IMG/VR virus record: IMGVR_UViG_2880395615_000008
Direction: 5' to 3' (one strand)
Origin: a virus
Taxonomy: Duplodnaviria; Heunggongvirae; Uroviricota; Caudoviricetes
DNA: 64,000 bases
In this document: positions 51,797-63,848 of the stretch, in pieces
Layout of the letters: every line of letters starts with the position of its first letter
How positions within the stretch are numbered: the stretch's first letter is position 1
The notes under the pieces: generated by a model
The model's database searches: none
Seen by the model: only the letters and a program-made list of their open reading frames with translations
Told to the model about the DNA's origin: nothing
Translations under genes and position numbers: made by a program

Positions 51797-52422
51797 GTAT
51801 GGCAATAAAAGGTCTGGCGCAGGCCATGAAAAATCTGGATGCAATTGATCGCCGTGCCGTTCCCCGGGCCTCTGCCACGACACTGAACCGAGTGGCGGGG
51901 GCCATTATTGCGAAAACGGCCTCTTCAGTTGCCAGGGAGCTGGCCGTTCCCCGTCGTCTTATCCGTGCCCGCATCCGGTTAAGTCCGGCACGACCGGATA
52001 AGGTTTACGCAAAGGTTTACATCAATACCGGCAACCTGCCCGCCATCAAACTGGGGGAGGCCCGCGTTCGACTTTCCCGCAGAAAACGGAGAAAGAAAGG
52101 ACAGCGTGCGGCCCTGAAAGGGGGCGGCAGTGTGCTGATTGTGGGGAAAAGACGGATCCCGGACGCCTTTATCACCCGGCTGGCTAACGGACGCTGGCAT
52201 GTGATGCAGCGTATGCCGTGGGCATCATCATCCACCGGCGCGGACAGCAAAGGGAGGCCGAAACGCCACCGTCTGCCGATCGAAGTGGTGAAGATTACGA
52301 CTGCCGGACCGCTGGCAGAAACCTTTGAACGTGAACGGGACCGGATGTACCGGGAAAAATTACCGGCGCAGATGATGAAAGCCATGACGCATCAGTTACG
52401 CCTGGTGCTGAAAAGAAAATGA
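51793..52422 (+). CDS. Z: Tail completion protein Z
   Basis: MSMAIKGLAQAMKNLDAIDRRAVPRA...RRKRRKKGQRAALKGGGSVLIVG...NGRWHVMQR... matches lambda Z. Confidence 0.85.
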   Translation: MSMAIKGLAQAMKNLDAIDRRAVPRASATTLNRVAGAIIAKTASSVARELAVPRRLIRARIRLSPARPDKVYAKVYINTGNLPAIKLGEARVRLSRRKRRKKGQRAALKGGGSVLIVGKRRIPDAFITRLANGRWHVMQRMPWASSSTGADSKGRPKRHRLPIEVVKITTAGPLAETFERERDRMYREKLPAQMMKAMTHQLRLVLKRK

Positions 52423-52434
52423 CTGGGAGGGTGT

Positions 52435-52833
52435 ATGAAACACCGTGAAATACGGGCGGCAGTTCTGTCTGCCCTGAAAGACAATATTTCTGAGAGGGTG
52501 AGCTGGTTTGACGGTCGCCCGGTTTTTATTGATGAACAGGAACTGCCTGCTGTTGCTGTTTACCTGACAGATGCGTCTGCTGCTGACGAGTTCGTTGATG
52601 AGGGAACCTGGGAGGCGACACTGCATATTGAGGTTTTTCTCAGGGCAAAAGAACCGGACTCGGCACTGGATATGTGGATGGAAGAAAAAATTCTTCCTGC
52701 GCTGGAGGCAGTTCCCGGGCTCAGTGCATTACTGCTGAAGATGAATCTTCAGGGGTATGACTACCGCCGGGATGATGAGTTTATGATGTGGGGATCGGCA
52801 GATCTCCTGTGGAAAATTACCTACGAGATGTGA
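52435..52833 (+). CDS. U: Tail terminator protein U
   Basis: [16 protein letters not shown]...[26 protein letters not shown]...GYDYRRDD...KITYEM matches lambda U. Confidence 0.9.
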   Translation: MKHREIRAAVLSALKDNISERVSWFDGRPVFIDEQELPAVAVYLTDASAADEFVDEGTWEATLHIEVFLRAKEPDSALDMWMEEKILPALEAVPGLSALLLKMNLQGYDYRRDDEFMMWGSADLLWKITYEM

Positions 52834-52840
52834 GGACGAT

Positions 52841-53593
52841 ATGGCAACACCAAATCCCCTTGAGCCGGTAAAAGGTGCCGGTACCACTCTGTGGGTTTAC
52901 AACGGCAAGGGTGATGCTTATGCAAACCCGTTGTCAGACGATGACTGGCAGCGACTGGCTAAGGTGAAGGATCTGACGCCGGGCGAGATGACGGCAGAAC
53001 CCTACGATGATAACTACCTGGATGATGAAGACGCGGACTGGACCGCGACCGGGCAGGGGCAGAAGTCTGCAGGAGATACCAGTTTTACGCTGGCCTGGAA
53101 ACCGGGAGAAGAAGGTCAGAAAGGGCTTATAGGCTGGTTTGAAAGCGGGGATGTGCGGGCCTATAAAATCCGTTTCCCAAATGGCACGGTGGATGTGTTC
53201 CGTGGCTGGGTCAGCAGTATCGGTAAGGCCGTGACGGCGAAAGAAGTGATCACCCGCACGGTGAAAGTCACTAACGTGGGCAAACCTTCCGTGGCGGAAG
53301 AACGCAGCGAAATTACGCCGGCCACTGCAATTAAGGTGACACCGACATCCGGTACGGTGGCAAAAGGGAAAACAACCACCCTGACGGTTTCTTTTGAGCC
53401 GGAAAGTGCAACCGACAAGACGTTCAGAGCGGTTTCCGCCGATCCGTCGAAAGCCACCATTAGTGTGAAAGATATGACAATTACGGTAAACGGCGTGGCG
53501 ACAGGTAAGGTGCAGATCCCTGTGGTGAGCGGAAATGGTCAGTTCGCCGCAGTGGCTGAAGTCACCGTTACTGAAGCGGGCGCTGCAGGGTAA
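52841..53593 (+). CDS. V: Major tail protein V (lambda type, C-terminal Ig-like domain)
   Basis: [36 protein letters not shown]... matches lambda V. Confidence 0.95.
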   Translation: MATPNPLEPVKGAGTTLWVYNGKGDAYANPLSDDDWQRLAKVKDLTPGEMTAEPYDDNYLDDEDADWTATGQGQKSAGDTSFTLAWKPGEEGQKGLIGWFESGDVRAYKIRFPNGTVDVFRGWVSSIGKAVTAKEVITRTVKVTNVGKPSVAEERSEITPATAIKVTPTSGTVAKGKTTTLTVSFEPESATDKTFRAVSADPSKATISVKDMTITVNGVATGKVQIPVVSGNGQFAAVAEVTVTEAGAAG

Positions 53594-53606
53594 ACGGAGG
53601 TAATAC

Positions 53607-54029
53607 ATGTTTCTGAAAACAGAACAATTTGAATATAACGGTGTGTCCGTCACGCTTTCCGAATTGTCTGCGCTGCAGCGGTTTGATTATATGAAGTTTG
53701 TTTCAGACGCAGAACAACAGAAGACAACGAAGCATGATGTCGTGCGCATTAACCAGCGATATCTGGAAACGGCATCCCTGCTTGTGGCGATGTCGCTATG
53801 GCATTCCCATTCCCTCAAAGGCACTCTGGCCTCTCCGGAGACAGAGATGCAGCAGATCCGCCGTGAAGTGATGCTGGGATGGCCTGCTGATGCACTGAAT
53901 CAGGCAACGAACCGGGTGCTTTATCTTTCAGGTATGCTGGATAACCGGCACGATGCCGATCCTGAACCAACCGGGAAAACAGAAGCGACTGAGCCGGTAA
54001 CATCAAAAAAGCATTCGAAGGCGAGCTGA
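53607..54029 (+). CDS. G: Tail assembly chaperone G
   Basis: MFLKTEQFEYNGVSVTLSELSALQRFDYMKF... matches lambda G; slippery A_AAA_AAG near the 3' end. Confidence 0.9.
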   Translation: MFLKTEQFEYNGVSVTLSELSALQRFDYMKFVSDAEQQKTTKHDVVRINQRYLETASLLVAMSLWHSHSLKGTLASPETEMQQIRREVMLGWPADALNQATNRVLYLSGMLDNRHDADPEPTGKTEATEPVTSKKHSKAS

Positions 54030-54364
54030 ACTTTGTCCTGAAACTGGCGCGTGAGATGGGGAGAGCCGACTGGCGCGCCATGCTTGCCGGGATGACATCC
54101 ACCGAATATGCCGACTGGCGACGTTTTTACTGCACGCATTATTTTCAGGATACCCAGCTGGATATGCATTTTTCCGGGCTGATGTACGCCGTACTCAGCC
54201 TGTTTTTTTGCGATCCGGATATGCATCCGGCGGATTTCAGCCTGTTCGCTCCGGAGGCAGAGGAAGGACAGGCGGAGACGCCGGACGAAAATGATGTACT
54301 GATGCAGAAGGCGGCGGGCCTCGCCGGTGGAGTCCGTTTCGGGGAGGAGGGAAGGAGGTTGTGA
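54005..54364 (+). CDS. T: T segment of GT fusion via -1 programmed frameshift
   Basis: AAAAAAG at 54005-54011; -1 frame continues ...KKAFEGELNFVLKLAREMGRADWRAMLAGM... (ORF 54056..54364). Confidence 0.8.
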   Translation, partial: KKAFEGELNFVLKLAREMGRADWRAMLAGMTSTEYADWRRFYCTHYFQDTQLDMHFSGLMYAVLSLFFCDPDMHPADFSLFAPEAEEGQAETPDENDVLMQKAAGLAGGVRFGEEGRRL

Positions 54365-54398
54365 CAGTTATTGATGGTATCAGAGGACATTTCAGGAG

Positions 54399-57053
54399 GT
54401 GACCACGATGGCAGGTAATTTTGCCGATCTGACAGCCGTGCTGACACTGGATTCTGCCCGTTTTTCTGAAGAGGCAGCGCGGGTAAAAAAAGAGCTGGGT
54501 GAAACCAGTGCGCTTGCTGATTTGATGTCCGGGAAAGTCAGTCAGTCTTTCAGAAAACAGGCTGATGCTGCTGAGCAGAGTCTGAGCCGACAGGCGCTGG
54601 CTGCACAAAAAGCCGGGATATCAGTCGGACAGTATAAGGCTGCCATGCGCACACTGCCCGCACAGTTCACGGATATTGTCACTCAGCTTGCCGGTGGTCA
54701 GAATCCCTTCCTTATCATGCTGCAGCAGGGGGGGCAGATCAGCGATTCATTCGGTGGACCGCTCAGCCTGCTTACCCTGCTGAAGGAGGAACTTCTCGGG
54801 ATCAGGGATGCCTCTGAATCATCAGAGGAGTCGCTGTCAGATACGGCAAATGCACTGGCTGAAAATGCCCGGAATGCCGGTGAGCTGGGACGATTTATGT
54901 CGGTGGCCCGTGTGGCGGCAGGTGGCGGGGTTGCCGTACTGGCCGCGCTTGCTGCCGCCGCCTGGCAGGCAGAGCAGGCTGACCGGGCCTTATTGCGTTC
55001 ACTGATCCTGACCGGAGGGGCGGCTGCCACCACAACGGCAGAATTGTGGAAAATGGCCGGGGTGATCAGCGATGAAGCCGGTGGTGGTATCAGACAGGCG
55101 GCAGAAAATCTGGCCCGTCTGGCAGAAAGCGGGAAATATACCGCCGGGCAGCTACGGATCATGGGGGAAACCTCTCAGAGATGGCTGCAGACGGTGGGGG
55201 ACGATGCCGGGAAGGTGGAAAAAGCCTTTGAAGGGATTGCAGCAGATCCGGTGAAGGCGCTGGCCTCCCTGAATCAGCAGTATAACTTCCTGAGCGTTTC
55301 CCAGTTACGCCATATTGATGAGCTTGAGCGCACGAAAGGTAAACAGGTTGCGGTGACGGAGGCGATGTCCCTGTTTGCGGATGTCATGAATGCACGTCTG
55401 GAGCAACTTGATAAAGCGGCCACGCCGGTGGAAAAAATCTGGGACGATGTTAAAACCTGGACTTCTGACGCATGGGCATGGATAGGTGATCATACACTGG
55501 GGGCACTCAGTCTGATCACTGACGTGGTGGCCGGAACCGTTGAACAAGTGAAGCTGCTGCTTGTGCAGGGGGATCTGGCGCTGGCTGAATTTATTCAGTC
55601 AGCCTGGGAAACGACAAAGAATGTGCCCGGCGTTGGTGCGTTGTTTGGTGAACTGGCAGAAGAGAACCGCGTATTTATTGAGAAAACAAAACGCGATGAA
55701 CTGGCGCTGAGAAAATCCATTGCGGAACGGGATGCGCGTATACGCCAGGGGGAAATGGGGTACATCAACCGCTCGCGTGCAACAGGCGTCAGCAAAGGTC
55801 CGGGGCAGCAGGAAGCCGTCAGCCGTCTGGCTGAAGAGCTGACAGGTAAAAAGCATACATCACCGAAAACGCGCTCTGCCGGGGAGAGGGAAGAGGAGCA
55901 GGCAAGAGAGGCTCTGCTTGCCCTTGAAGCTGAGCTCAGGACGCTGGAAAAACACAGCGGTGCGAATGAGAAAATCAGCCGGCAGCGCCGTGATTTATGG
56001 AAGGCGGAAAGTCAGTATGCGGTCCTGAAAGAGGCTGCCACGAAACGACAGTTATCTGAGCAGGAAAAATCCCTGCTGGCGCATAAAGACGAGACGCTGG
56101 AGTACAAACGCCAGCTGGCTGAGCTGGGCGACAAGGTTGAATACCAGAAACGCCTGAATGAGCTGGCACAGCAGGCGGTGCGGTTTGAAGAGCAGCAGAG
56201 CGCGAAGCAGGCCGCCATCAGCGCAAAAGCCCGCGGTCTCACTGACCGTCAGGCGCAGCGGGAGTCTGAAGCGCAGCGTCTTCGGGACGTGTACGGTGAT
56301 AATCCGGCTGCGCTGGCGAAGGCCACATCGGCACTGAAGAACACCTGGTCTGCGGAGGAGCAGCTTCGTGGAAGCTGGATGGCCGGGCTGAAGTCCGGCT
56401 GGGGCGAGTGGGCGGAAAGTGCGACGGACAGTTTTTCGCAGGTTAAAAGTGCTGCCACGCAGACCTTTGACGGTATTGCACAGAATATGGCGGCGATGCT
56501 GACCGGTGCAGAGGCAGACTGGCGGGGATTCACCCGTTCGGTGCTGTCCATGATGACAGAAATCCTGCTTAAACAGGCCATGGTGGGCATTGTCGGGCGT
56601 ATCGGCAGCGCCATTGGCGGTGCTTTCGGTGGTGGTGCATCTGCTTCCTCGGGGACGGCCATTCAGGCTGCGGCGGCGAACTTCCATTTCGCGACCGGAG
56701 GATTTACGGGGACGGGCGGCAAATATGAGCCTGCGGGGATAGTTCACCGCGGGGAGTTTGTTTTCACGAAAGAGGCAACCAGCCGGATAGGTGTGGGGAA
56801 TCTTTACCGTCTGATGCGCGGCTATGCGGAAGGTGGTTATGTGGGTGGTGCCGGAAGTCCGGCGCAGATGCGGCGGGCGGAAGGTATTAATTTTAATCAG
56901 AACAATCACGTGGTGATTCAGAACGACGGCACCAACGGACAGGCGGGGCCGCAGCTGATGAAGGCGGTGTATGACATGGCCCGCAAGGGGGCGCAGGATG
57001 AGCTCCGGCTGCAGTTGCGTGATGGCGGTATGTTATCGGGGAGCGGGCGATGA
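54399..57053 (+). CDS. H: Tail tape measure protein H (884 aa)
   Basis: Long coiled-coil-rich ORF; C-terminus ...QNDGTNGQAGPQLMKAVYDMARKGAQDELRLQLRDGGMLSG. Confidence 0.9.
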   Translation: MTTMAGNFADLTAVLTLDSARFSEEAARVKKELGETSALADLMSGKVSQSFRKQADAAEQSLSRQALAAQKAGISVGQYKAAMRTLPAQFTDIVTQLAGGQNPFLIMLQQGGQISDSFGGPLSLLTLLKEELLGIRDASESSEESLSDTANALAENARNAGELGRFMSVARVAAGGGVAVLAALAAAAWQAEQADRALLRSLILTGGAAATTTAELWKMAGVISDEAGGGIRQAAENLARLAESGKYTAGQLRIMGETSQRWLQTVGDDAGKVEKAFEGIAADPVKALASLNQQYNFLSVSQLRHIDELERTKGKQVAVTEAMSLFADVMNARLEQLDKAATPVEKIWDDVKTWTSDAWAWIGDHTLGALSLITDVVAGTVEQVKLLLVQGDLALAEFIQSAWETTKNVPGVGALFGELAEENRVFIEKTKRDELALRKSIAERDARIRQGEMGYINRSRATGVSKGPGQQEAVSRLAEELTGKKHTSPKTRSAGEREEEQAREALLALEAELRTLEKHSGANEKISRQRRDLWKAESQYAVLKEAATKRQLSEQEKSLLAHKDETLEYKRQLAELGDKVEYQKRLNELAQQAVRFEEQQSAKQAAISAKARGLTDRQAQRESEAQRLRDVYGDNPAALAKATSALKNTWSAEEQLRGSWMAGLKSGWGEWAESATDSFSQVKSAATQTFDGIAQNMAAMLTGAEADWRGFTRSVLSMMTEILLKQAMVGIVGRIGSAIGGAFGGGASASSGTAIQAAAANFHFATGGFTGTGGKYEPAGIVHRGEFVFTKEATSRIGVGNLYRLMRGYAEGGYVGGAGSPAQMRRAEGINFNQNNHVVIQNDGTNGQAGPQLMKAVYDMARKGAQDELRLQLRDGGMLSGSGR

Positions 57054-57379
57054 AAACATTTCGCTGGAAAGTGAAGCCGGATATGGAGGTGAACTCGCAG
57101 CCGTCGGTGCGTGAAGTGCGTTTTGGTGACGGGTACTCACAGCGTATGGCGGCAGGGCTGAATGCTGACCTGAAAACATACCGTGTGACGCTTTCCGTGA
57201 CCCGGGAGGAGGCCCGGCATCTGGAAGCGTTCCTGGCAGAGCACGGAGGCTGGAAGGCATTTTTGTGGAAGCCACCCTATGCATACCGGCAGATAAAGGT
57301 GACCTGTGCCGGGTGGTCTGCGCGGGTCGGGATGTTGCGCGTTGAGTTCAGCGCGGAGTTTAAGCAGGTGGTGAACTGA
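57050..57379 (+). CDS. M: Minor tail protein M
   Basis: 109 aa; ...VREVRFGDGYSQRMAAGLNADLKTYRVTL... lambda M-like. Confidence 0.85.
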   Translation: MKTFRWKVKPDMEVNSQPSVREVRFGDGYSQRMAAGLNADLKTYRVTLSVTREEARHLEAFLAEHGGWKAFLWKPPYAYRQIKVTCAGWSARVGMLRVEFSAEFKQVVN

Positions 57380-58077
57380 TGCAGGATATTCACGAAGAAA
57401 GTCTGAACGAGTCGGTTAAATCAGAGCAGTCACCGCGGGTGGTACTCTGGGAAATCGACCTGACGGCGCAGGGCGGTGAGCGGTATTTTTTCTGCAATGA
57501 GCTGAATGAAAAAGGGGAGCCGGTGACCTGGCAGGGGCGTGAATATCAGGCGTACCCGATTGAGGGCAGCGGCTTTGAGATGAACGGAAAGGGCAGCAGT
57601 GCCCGCCCGTCGCTGACGGTGTCCAATCTGTTCGGTCTTGTCACCGGGATGGCGGAGGATTTGCAGAGCCTGGTGGGTGCCACGGTGGTCCGCCGCCGGG
57701 TGTATGCGCGTTTTCTGGATGCGGTGAACTTTGTGGCAGGCAATCCGGAGGCCGACCCGGAGCAGGAGCTGACTGACCGGTGGGTGGTGGAGCAGATGTC
57801 AGAGCTGACGGCCATGACGGCCTCGTTTGTGCTGGCCACACCGACGGAGACGGACGGAGCGCTGTTTCCCGGTCGCATCATGCTGGCGAACACCTGTATG
57901 TGGGATTACCGGGGAGATGAATGCGGGTATAACGGTCCTGCGGTGGCGGATGAGTTCGACAACCCCACCACGGATATCCGTAAGGACAGATGCAGCAAGT
58001 GCATGCGCGGGTGTGAGATGCGCGGCATGGTGGCTAATTTTGGCGGTTTCCTTTCCATCAATAAACTTTCGCAGTAA
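57379..58077 (+). CDS. L: Minor tail protein L
   Basis: 232 aa; about 98% identical to 5921..6619. Confidence 0.9.
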   Translation: MQDIHEESLNESVKSEQSPRVVLWEIDLTAQGGERYFFCNELNEKGEPVTWQGREYQAYPIEGSGFEMNGKGSSARPSLTVSNLFGLVTGMAEDLQSLVGATVVRRRVYARFLDAVNFVAGNPEADPEQELTDRWVVEQMSELTAMTASFVLATPTETDGALFPGRIMLANTCMWDYRGDECGYNGPAVADEFDNPTTDIRKDRCSKCMRGCEMRGMVANFGGFLSINKLSQ

Positions 58078-58087
58078 ATCCTGTTTT

Positions 58088-58831
58088 ATGACACAGACTG
58101 AATCAGCGATTCTGGTGCATGCCCGGCGGTGTGCGCCTGCGGAGTCGTGCGGCTTCGTGATAGGCACCCCGGAGGGCGAACGGTACCAGCCCTGCGTGAA
58201 TATCTCCGCAGAGCCGGAGGCGTATTTTCGTATTGCACCGGAAGACTGGCTGCAGGCAGAGATGCAGGGGGAGATTGTGGCGCTGGTTCACAGCCACCCT
58301 GGTGGTCTGCCCTGGCTGAGCGAGGCCGACCGGCGGCTGCAGATAAAGAGTGCCCTGCCCTGGTGGCTGGTCTGCCGGGGGGAAATTCACAAATTCCGCT
58401 GTGTGCCGCACCTGACCGGGCGTCGTTTTGAGCACGGGGTGACGGACTGTTACACCCTGTTCCGGGATGCATACCATCTGGCGGGGATAACGCTGCCGGA
58501 TTTTGTGCGTGAGGATGACTGGTGGCGCAACGGTCAGAACCTTTACCTGGACAATATGGCGGCGACTGGTTTTTACCGGGTGCCCCTGTCCTCTGCACAG
58601 GCGGGCGATATCCTGCTGTGCTGCTTTGGCGCATCGGTGGCCAATCATGCCGCCATATACTGCGGCAACGGTGAACTGCTTCACCATCTGCCTGAACAAC
58701 TGAGTAAACGGGAGAGGTATTCTGAAAAATGGCAACGACGAACGCATTCTGTCTGGCGTCACCGCCACTGGCACGCATCTGCCTTCACGGGGATTTGCAA
58801 CGATTTGGCCGCCGCCTCAGCCTGTACGTGA
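58088..58831 (+). CDS. K: Tail assembly protein K
   Basis: MTQTESAILVHARRCAPAESCGF...; same architecture as the first copy, including the 103-nt overlap with I. Confidence 0.8.
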   Translation: MTQTESAILVHARRCAPAESCGFVIGTPEGERYQPCVNISAEPEAYFRIAPEDWLQAEMQGEIVALVHSHPGGLPWLSEADRRLQIKSALPWWLVCRGEIHKFRCVPHLTGRRFEHGVTDCYTLFRDAYHLAGITLPDFVREDDWWRNGQNLYLDNMAATGFYRVPLSSAQAGDILLCCFGASVANHAAIYCGNGELLHHLPEQLSKRERYSEKWQRRTHSVWRHRHWHASAFTGICNDLAAASACT

Positions 58832-59406
58832 ACACGGCAGCGGAAGCCATCCGTGCCCTGTCGCTGCAGATGCCGGGATTCCGCCGTCAGATGAACGAAG
58901 GCTGGTACCAGATACGTATTCGCGGTGAGGACACGGCACCGGAGGCGGTGTACGCCCGTCTTCACGAACCTCTGGGTGAGGGGGCGGTCATCCATATTGT
59001 GCCGCGACTGGCCGGAGCCGGAAAGGGCGGACTGCAGATTGTGCTGGGGGCAGCAGCCATCGTGGGCTCTTTCTTCACCGCCGGCGCAACGATGGCGTTG
59101 TGGGGCGCAGCCCTGAGTGCCGGAGGGCTGACTGCCACCACGATGCTGTTCTCACTGGGTGCCAGCATGATACTGGGCGGTGTGGCCCAGATGCTGGCAC
59201 CGAAGGCAAAAACACCGGATTACCGCGCAACGGATAACGGTAAACAGAACACGTATTTTTCGTCACTGGATAACATGATTGCCCAGGGGAACCCGATGCC
59301 GGTGCCTTATGGTGAAATGCTGGTTGGTTCACGACGGATATCCCAGGACATCAGCACCCGTGATGAGGGCGGAGACGGGAAAGTGGTGGTTATCGGGCGG
59401 GGATGA
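58729..59406 (+). CDS. I: Tail assembly protein I
   Basis: 225 aa, near-identical to the first copy. Confidence 0.85.
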   Translation: MATTNAFCLASPPLARICLHGDLQRFGRRLSLYVNTAAEAIRALSLQMPGFRRQMNEGWYQIRIRGEDTAPEAVYARLHEPLGEGAVIHIVPRLAGAGKGGLQIVLGAAAIVGSFFTAGATMALWGAALSAGGLTATTMLFSLGASMILGGVAQMLAPKAKTPDYRATDNGKQNTYFSSLDNMIAQGNPMPVPYGEMLVGSRRISQDISTRDEGGDGKVVVIGRG

Positions 59407-59646
59407 AAATAAAAAAATCCCGCAGAGTTAGCGGAGCTGCGGGAGAGAACGATGAAGATTAACGTTATGGAGTTATTTTTCAGGCATCAAAAAAGTAATG
59501 CAGCGTCATTATTGCGGCTACAGGCAATTGCCGGAAATGTGAAGAGTTTCAGAAATTTTATTCCGTCATGACACAGGCACCCTCCGGGGTGCCTGTTGTT
59601 TTCTGGCATAAACAGATTCAGACATCAGACAGGAGAGGGGGACAGA

Positions 59647-62600
59647 GTGGGTAAAGGGGGCGGCAAGGGGCACACGCCGGTAGAGGCAAAGGACAATCTT
59701 AAGTCCACGCAGATGATGAGCGTGATTGATGCGATTGGTGAGGGACCGATAGAAGGCCCGGTGAAGGGACTGCAGAGTATCCTGGTGAACAAAACCCCGC
59801 TGACGGACACGGACGGTAATCCCGTGATACACGGTGTGACTGCGGTCTGGCGTGCCGGGGAGCAGGAGCAGACACCACCGGAAGGCTTTGAGTCCTCCGG
59901 AGCTGAAACCGCACTGGGCGTGGAAGTGACGAAAGCAAAGCCGGTGACGCGCACCATTACGTCCGCGAACATTGACCGCCTGCGGGTCACCTTCGGGGTG
60001 CAGTCACTGGTGGAGACCACCTCAAAGGGTGACCGTAACCCGACGTCTGTCCGCCTGCTGATTCAGCTTGAGCGTGGTGGTAAATGGATGACGGAAAAGG
60101 ATGTCACCATTAACGGCAAGACCACCTCGCAGTACCTGGCGTCGGTGATTCTGGAGAATCTGCCTCCCCGTCCCTTTAACATCCGGATGGTCAGGGAGAC
60201 GGCGGACAGCACCACGGACCAGCTGCAGAATAAGACGCTGTGGTCGTCATACACCGAAATCATCGATGTGAAACAGTGCTACCCGAACACGGCCATTGTG
60301 GGGCTGCAGGTGGATGCGGAGCAGTTTGGCGGTCAGCAGATGACGGTGAACTACCATATCCGCGGTCGCATCATTCAGGTACCGTCAAACTATGACCCGG
60401 AAAAACGCACGTACAGCGGCATCTGGGACGGCAGCCTGAAACCGGCATACAGCAACAACCCGGCCTGGTGCCTGTGGGACATGCTGACTCACCCGCGCTA
60501 CGGCATGGGAAAACGCCTGGGGGCCGCGGATGTGGACAAGTGGGCGCTGTATGCCATCGGACAGTACTGTGACCAGCGTGTCCCGGATGGCTTCGGGGGC
60601 ACAGAGCCGCGGATGACCTTTAATGCGTACCTGTCACAACAGCGTAAGGCGTGGGACGTTCTCAGTGATTTCTGCTCGGCGATGCGCTGTATGCCGGTAT
60701 GGAACGGCCAGACGCTGACGTTCGTTCAGGACCGCCCGTCGGATGTGGTGTGGCCGTACACCAACTGCGATGTGGTGGTGGATGATAACGGCGTGGGGTT
60801 TCGCTACAGCTTCAGCGCCCTGAAGGACCGCCACACGGCGGTGGAGGTGAATTACACCGACCCGCAGAACGGCTGGCAGACCTCCACGGAACTGGTGGAA
60901 GACCCGGAAGCCATACTGCGCTACGGGCGCAACCTGCTGAAGATGGATGCGTTCGGCTGCACCAGTCGCGGTCAGGCCCACCGTGCCGGGCTGTGGGTGA
61001 TAAAGACAGAACTGCTGGAAACGCAGACGGTGGATTTCACGCTCGGGTCACAGGGGCTGCGTCACACACCCGGTGACATTATTGAAATCTGTGATAACGA
61101 CTATGCCGGGACCATGACCGGCGGACGTGTCCTGTCCATCGATGCCGCCAGCCGCACCCTGACACTGGACCGTGAGGTGACCCTGCCGGAGACAGGTACA
61201 CCGACGGTGAACCTGATTAACGGCAGCGGTAAGCCGGTGAGCGTGGCCATCACTGCACACCCCGCGCCGGACCGGATACAGGTCAGCACCCTGCCGGATG
61301 GCGTGGAGACATACGGTGTATGGGGACTCTCCCTGCCGTCACTGCGCCGTCGCCTGTTCCGCTGTGTCTCCATCCGGGAAAACACAGACGGCACCTTTGC
61401 CATCACGGCGGTGCAGCACGTACCGGAAAAAGAAGCCATCGTGGATAACGGGGCCCGCTTTGAGCCGCAGTCAGGCACCCTGAACAGCGTCATCCCGCCG
61501 GCAGTGCAGCACCTGACGGTGGAGGTGAGCGCAGCTGACAGCCAGTATCTGGCGCTGGCGAAATGGGACACGCCGCGGGTGGTGAAGGGGGTGCACTTCA
61601 GTCTGCGCCTGACCAGCGGAAGCGGTGAGAGCAGCCGTCTGGTGACCACCGCCATCACTGCGGATACAGAGCACCGTTTCAGTGGCCTGCCTCTCGGGGA
61701 ATACACCCTGACGGTCAGGGCGATTAACAGCTATGGCCAGCAGGGCGAACCCGCCACCACCACGTTCCGGATTAACGCACCGGCAGCGCCTGCCGGTGTT
61801 GAACTGACGCCGGGGTATTTTCAGATAACGGCAGTCCCGAAACTGACCATTTATGACCCGACGGTGCAGTTTGAGTTCTGGTTTTCGGAGGCAAAAATTG
61901 CAGACGCCGCACAGGTGGAAACCTCTGCCCGTTATCTGGGGACCGGCAGTCAGTGGAGTGTCTCCGGTCCGCACATTAAGCCCGGAAAGGATTTCTGGTT
62001 TTATGTGCGCAGCGTCAACCTGGTGGGTAAATCTGCTTTTGTGGAAGCCAGTGGACGGGCGAGCAATGATGCTGCGGGCTATCTGGAACTTTTCCGGGAA
62101 AAGATAGGAAAAACGCATCTGGCAGAGGCGCTGTGGGCAGAGATTGACAACAGTCAGCTGAAGGACGAGATGGCGGAAATGCAGACCACCATCACAGAAA
62201 CCCGCAATGAAATCACACAGACGGTCAGTAAAACGCTGGAAGACCAGAGCGCCACCATTCAGCAGATACAGCGCGTGCAGAAGGACACAAATGATGACCT
62301 GGCTGCGCTGTACATGCTGAAGGTTCAAAAAACGAAAGACGGCATTCCCTATGTGGCCGGGATTGGTGCAGGGATTGAGGATACTGATGGCCAGCCACTG
62401 AGCAACATACTGCTGCTGGCTGACCGTATCGCGATGATAAATCCGGAGAGCGGCAACAGCACGCCGTTATTTGTGGCGCAGGGGAATCAGCTGTTCATGA
62501 ACGACGTGTTCCTGAAACGACTGTTTGCGGTGAGCATCACGTCATCCGGCAATCCTCCGGCATTTTCCCTGACGCCGGACGGGCGACTGACGGCGAAAAA

Positions 62601-63123
62601 TGCGGATATCAGTGGCAGTGTGAATGCGAACTCAGGGACGCTCAACAACGTCACGATTAATGAGAACTGTCAGATTAAGGGGAAACTGTCAGCCAACCAG
62701 ATTGAAGGCGATATTGTCAAAACGGTCAGCAAGTCTTTCCCCCGCACGAGCACTTATGCCAGTGGCACCATCACGGTAAGAATCAGTGATGATCAGAAGT
62801 TTGACCGGCAGGTCATGATACCGCCAGTGTTATTCCGCGGTGGTAAGCATGAGAATTTCAACAGTAATAACCAACAGTCATACTGGTATTCAACCTGCCG
62901 GTTAAGAGTGACCCGCAATGGTCAGGAGATTTTTAAGCAGTCCACGACGGATGCTCAGGGCGTATTTTCCTCAGTTATAGATATGCCTGCCGGACAGGGG
63001 ACGCTGACACTGACATTCACCGTATCTTCATCAGGAGCGAATAACTGGACACCAACAACCAGTATCAGCGATCTGCTGGTTGTGGTGATGAAAAAATCCA
63101 CAGCAGGTATCAGTATCAGCTGA
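59647..63123 (+). CDS. J: Tail tip / host specificity protein J
   Basis: GTG start 59647; N-terminal two-thirds near-identical to the first J, C-terminal third diverged (about 75% aa identity by eye). Confidence 0.95.
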   Translation: MGKGGGKGHTPVEAKDNLKSTQMMSVIDAIGEGPIEGPVKGLQSILVNKTPLTDTDGNPVIHGVTAVWRAGEQEQTPPEGFESSGAETALGVEVTKAKPVTRTITSANIDRLRVTFGVQSLVETTSKGDRNPTSVRLLIQLERGGKWMTEKDVTINGKTTSQYLASVILENLPPRPFNIRMVRETADSTTDQLQNKTLWSSYTEIIDVKQCYPNTAIVGLQVDAEQFGGQQMTVNYHIRGRIIQVPSNYDPEKRTYSGIWDGSLKPAYSNNPAWCLWDMLTHPRYGMGKRLGAADVDKWALYAIGQYCDQRVPDGFGGTEPRMTFNAYLSQQRKAWDVLSDFCSAMRCMPVWNGQTLTFVQDRPSDVVWPYTNCDVVVDDNGVGFRYSFSALKDRHTAVEVNYTDPQNGWQTSTELVEDPEAILRYGRNLLKMDAFGCTSRGQAHRAGLWVIKTELLETQTVDFTLGSQGLRHTPGDIIEICDNDYAGTMTGGRVLSIDAASRTLTLDREVTLPETGTPTVNLINGSGKPVSVAITAHPAPDRIQVSTLPDGVETYGVWGLSLPSLRRRLFRCVSIRENTDGTFAITAVQHVPEKEAIVDNGARFEPQSGTLNSVIPPAVQHLTVEVSAADSQYLALAKWDTPRVVKGVHFSLRLTSGSGESSRLVTTAITADTEHRFSGLPLGEYTLTVRAINSYGQQGEPATTTFRINAPAAPAGVELTPGYFQITAVPKLTIYDPTVQFEFWFSEAKIADAAQVETSARYLGTGSQWSVSGPHIKPGKDFWFYVRSVNLVGKSAFVEASGRASNDAAGYLELFREKIGKTHLAEALWAEIDNSQLKDEMAEMQTTITETRNEITQTVSKTLEDQSATIQQIQRVQKDTNDDLAALYMLKVQKTKDGIPYVAGIGAGIEDTDGQPLSNILLLADRIAMINPESGNSTPLFVAQGNQLFMNDVFLKRLFAVSITSSGNPPAFSLTPDGRLTAKNADISGSVNANSGTLNNVTINENCQIKGKLSANQIEGDIVKTVSKSFPRTSTYASGTITVRISDDQKFDRQVMIPPVLFRGGKHENFNSNNQQSYWYSTCRLRVTRNGQEIFKQSTTDAQGVFSSVIDMPAGQGTLTLTFTVSSSGANNWTPTTSISDLLVVVMKKSTAGISIS

Positions 63124-63189
63124 ATTTTATAACCCAGAACGGGCGTCAGAAATGACGCCTTTTTTATTGCAGAAAAGCGAGAGGTAATT

Positions 63190-63789
63190 ATGCGTAAACT
63201 TTATGCCGCCATTTTGTCCGCAGCCATTTGTCTGGCCGTATCCGGTGCGCCTGCATGGGCATCTGAACATCAGTCCACGCTGAGCGCGGGGTATCTTCAT
63301 GCCTCGACGAACGTTCCCGGCAGCGATGATCTGAACGGGATTAACGTGAAATACCGTTATGAGTTTACGGACACACTGGGGATGGTGACGTCATTCAGCT
63401 ATGCAGGAGACAGGAATCGCCAGATTACCCGTTACAGCGATACCCGCTGGCATGAAGATTCCGTGCGTAACCGCTGGTTCAGCGTGATGGCGGGGCCGTC
63501 TGTACGCGTGAATGAATGGTTCAGCGCGTATGCGATGGCGGGTGTGGCTTACAGCCGTGTGTCGACTTTTTCCGGGGATTATCTCTGCGTAACTGACAGC
63601 AAGGGGAAAAGGCACGACGTGCTGACCGGAAGTGATGACGGTCGCCACAGCAACACGTCTCTGGCGTGGGGAGCTGGCGTGCAGTTTAACCCGACCGAAT
63701 CCGTGGCCATTGATGTCGCTTATGAAGGTTCCGGCAGTGGTGACTGGCGCACTGACGGTTTCATCGTGGGTGTCGGTTATAAATTCTGA
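63190..63789 (+). CDS. lom: Lom outer membrane protein (intact, lambda-like)
   Basis: [41 protein letters not shown]... matches lambda Lom; terminator after gene. Confidence 0.95.
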   Translation: MRKLYAAILSAAICLAVSGAPAWASEHQSTLSAGYLHASTNVPGSDDLNGINVKYRYEFTDTLGMVTSFSYAGDRNRQITRYSDTRWHEDSVRNRWFSVMAGPSVRVNEWFSAYAMAGVAYSRVSTFSGDYLCVTDSKGKRHDVLTGSDDGRHSNTSLAWGAGVQFNPTESVAIDVAYEGSGSGDWRTDGFIVGVGYKF

Positions 63790-63848
63790 TTAGTAACACA
63801 GCGTTATGACAGCCCGCCGGTTCAGGCGGGCTTTTTTGTGGAGAGGGT

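Larger units (their letters stand above)
57379..61760 (+). repeat. Long direct repeat, copy 2: L-K-I-J 5' portion
   Basis: See copy 1. Confidence 0.8.

Noticed and set aside
56052-56909. 285-aa minus-strand ORF inside tape measure gene H
   Set aside because: Antisense to a high-confidence gene; Arg/Pro-rich shadow ORF.
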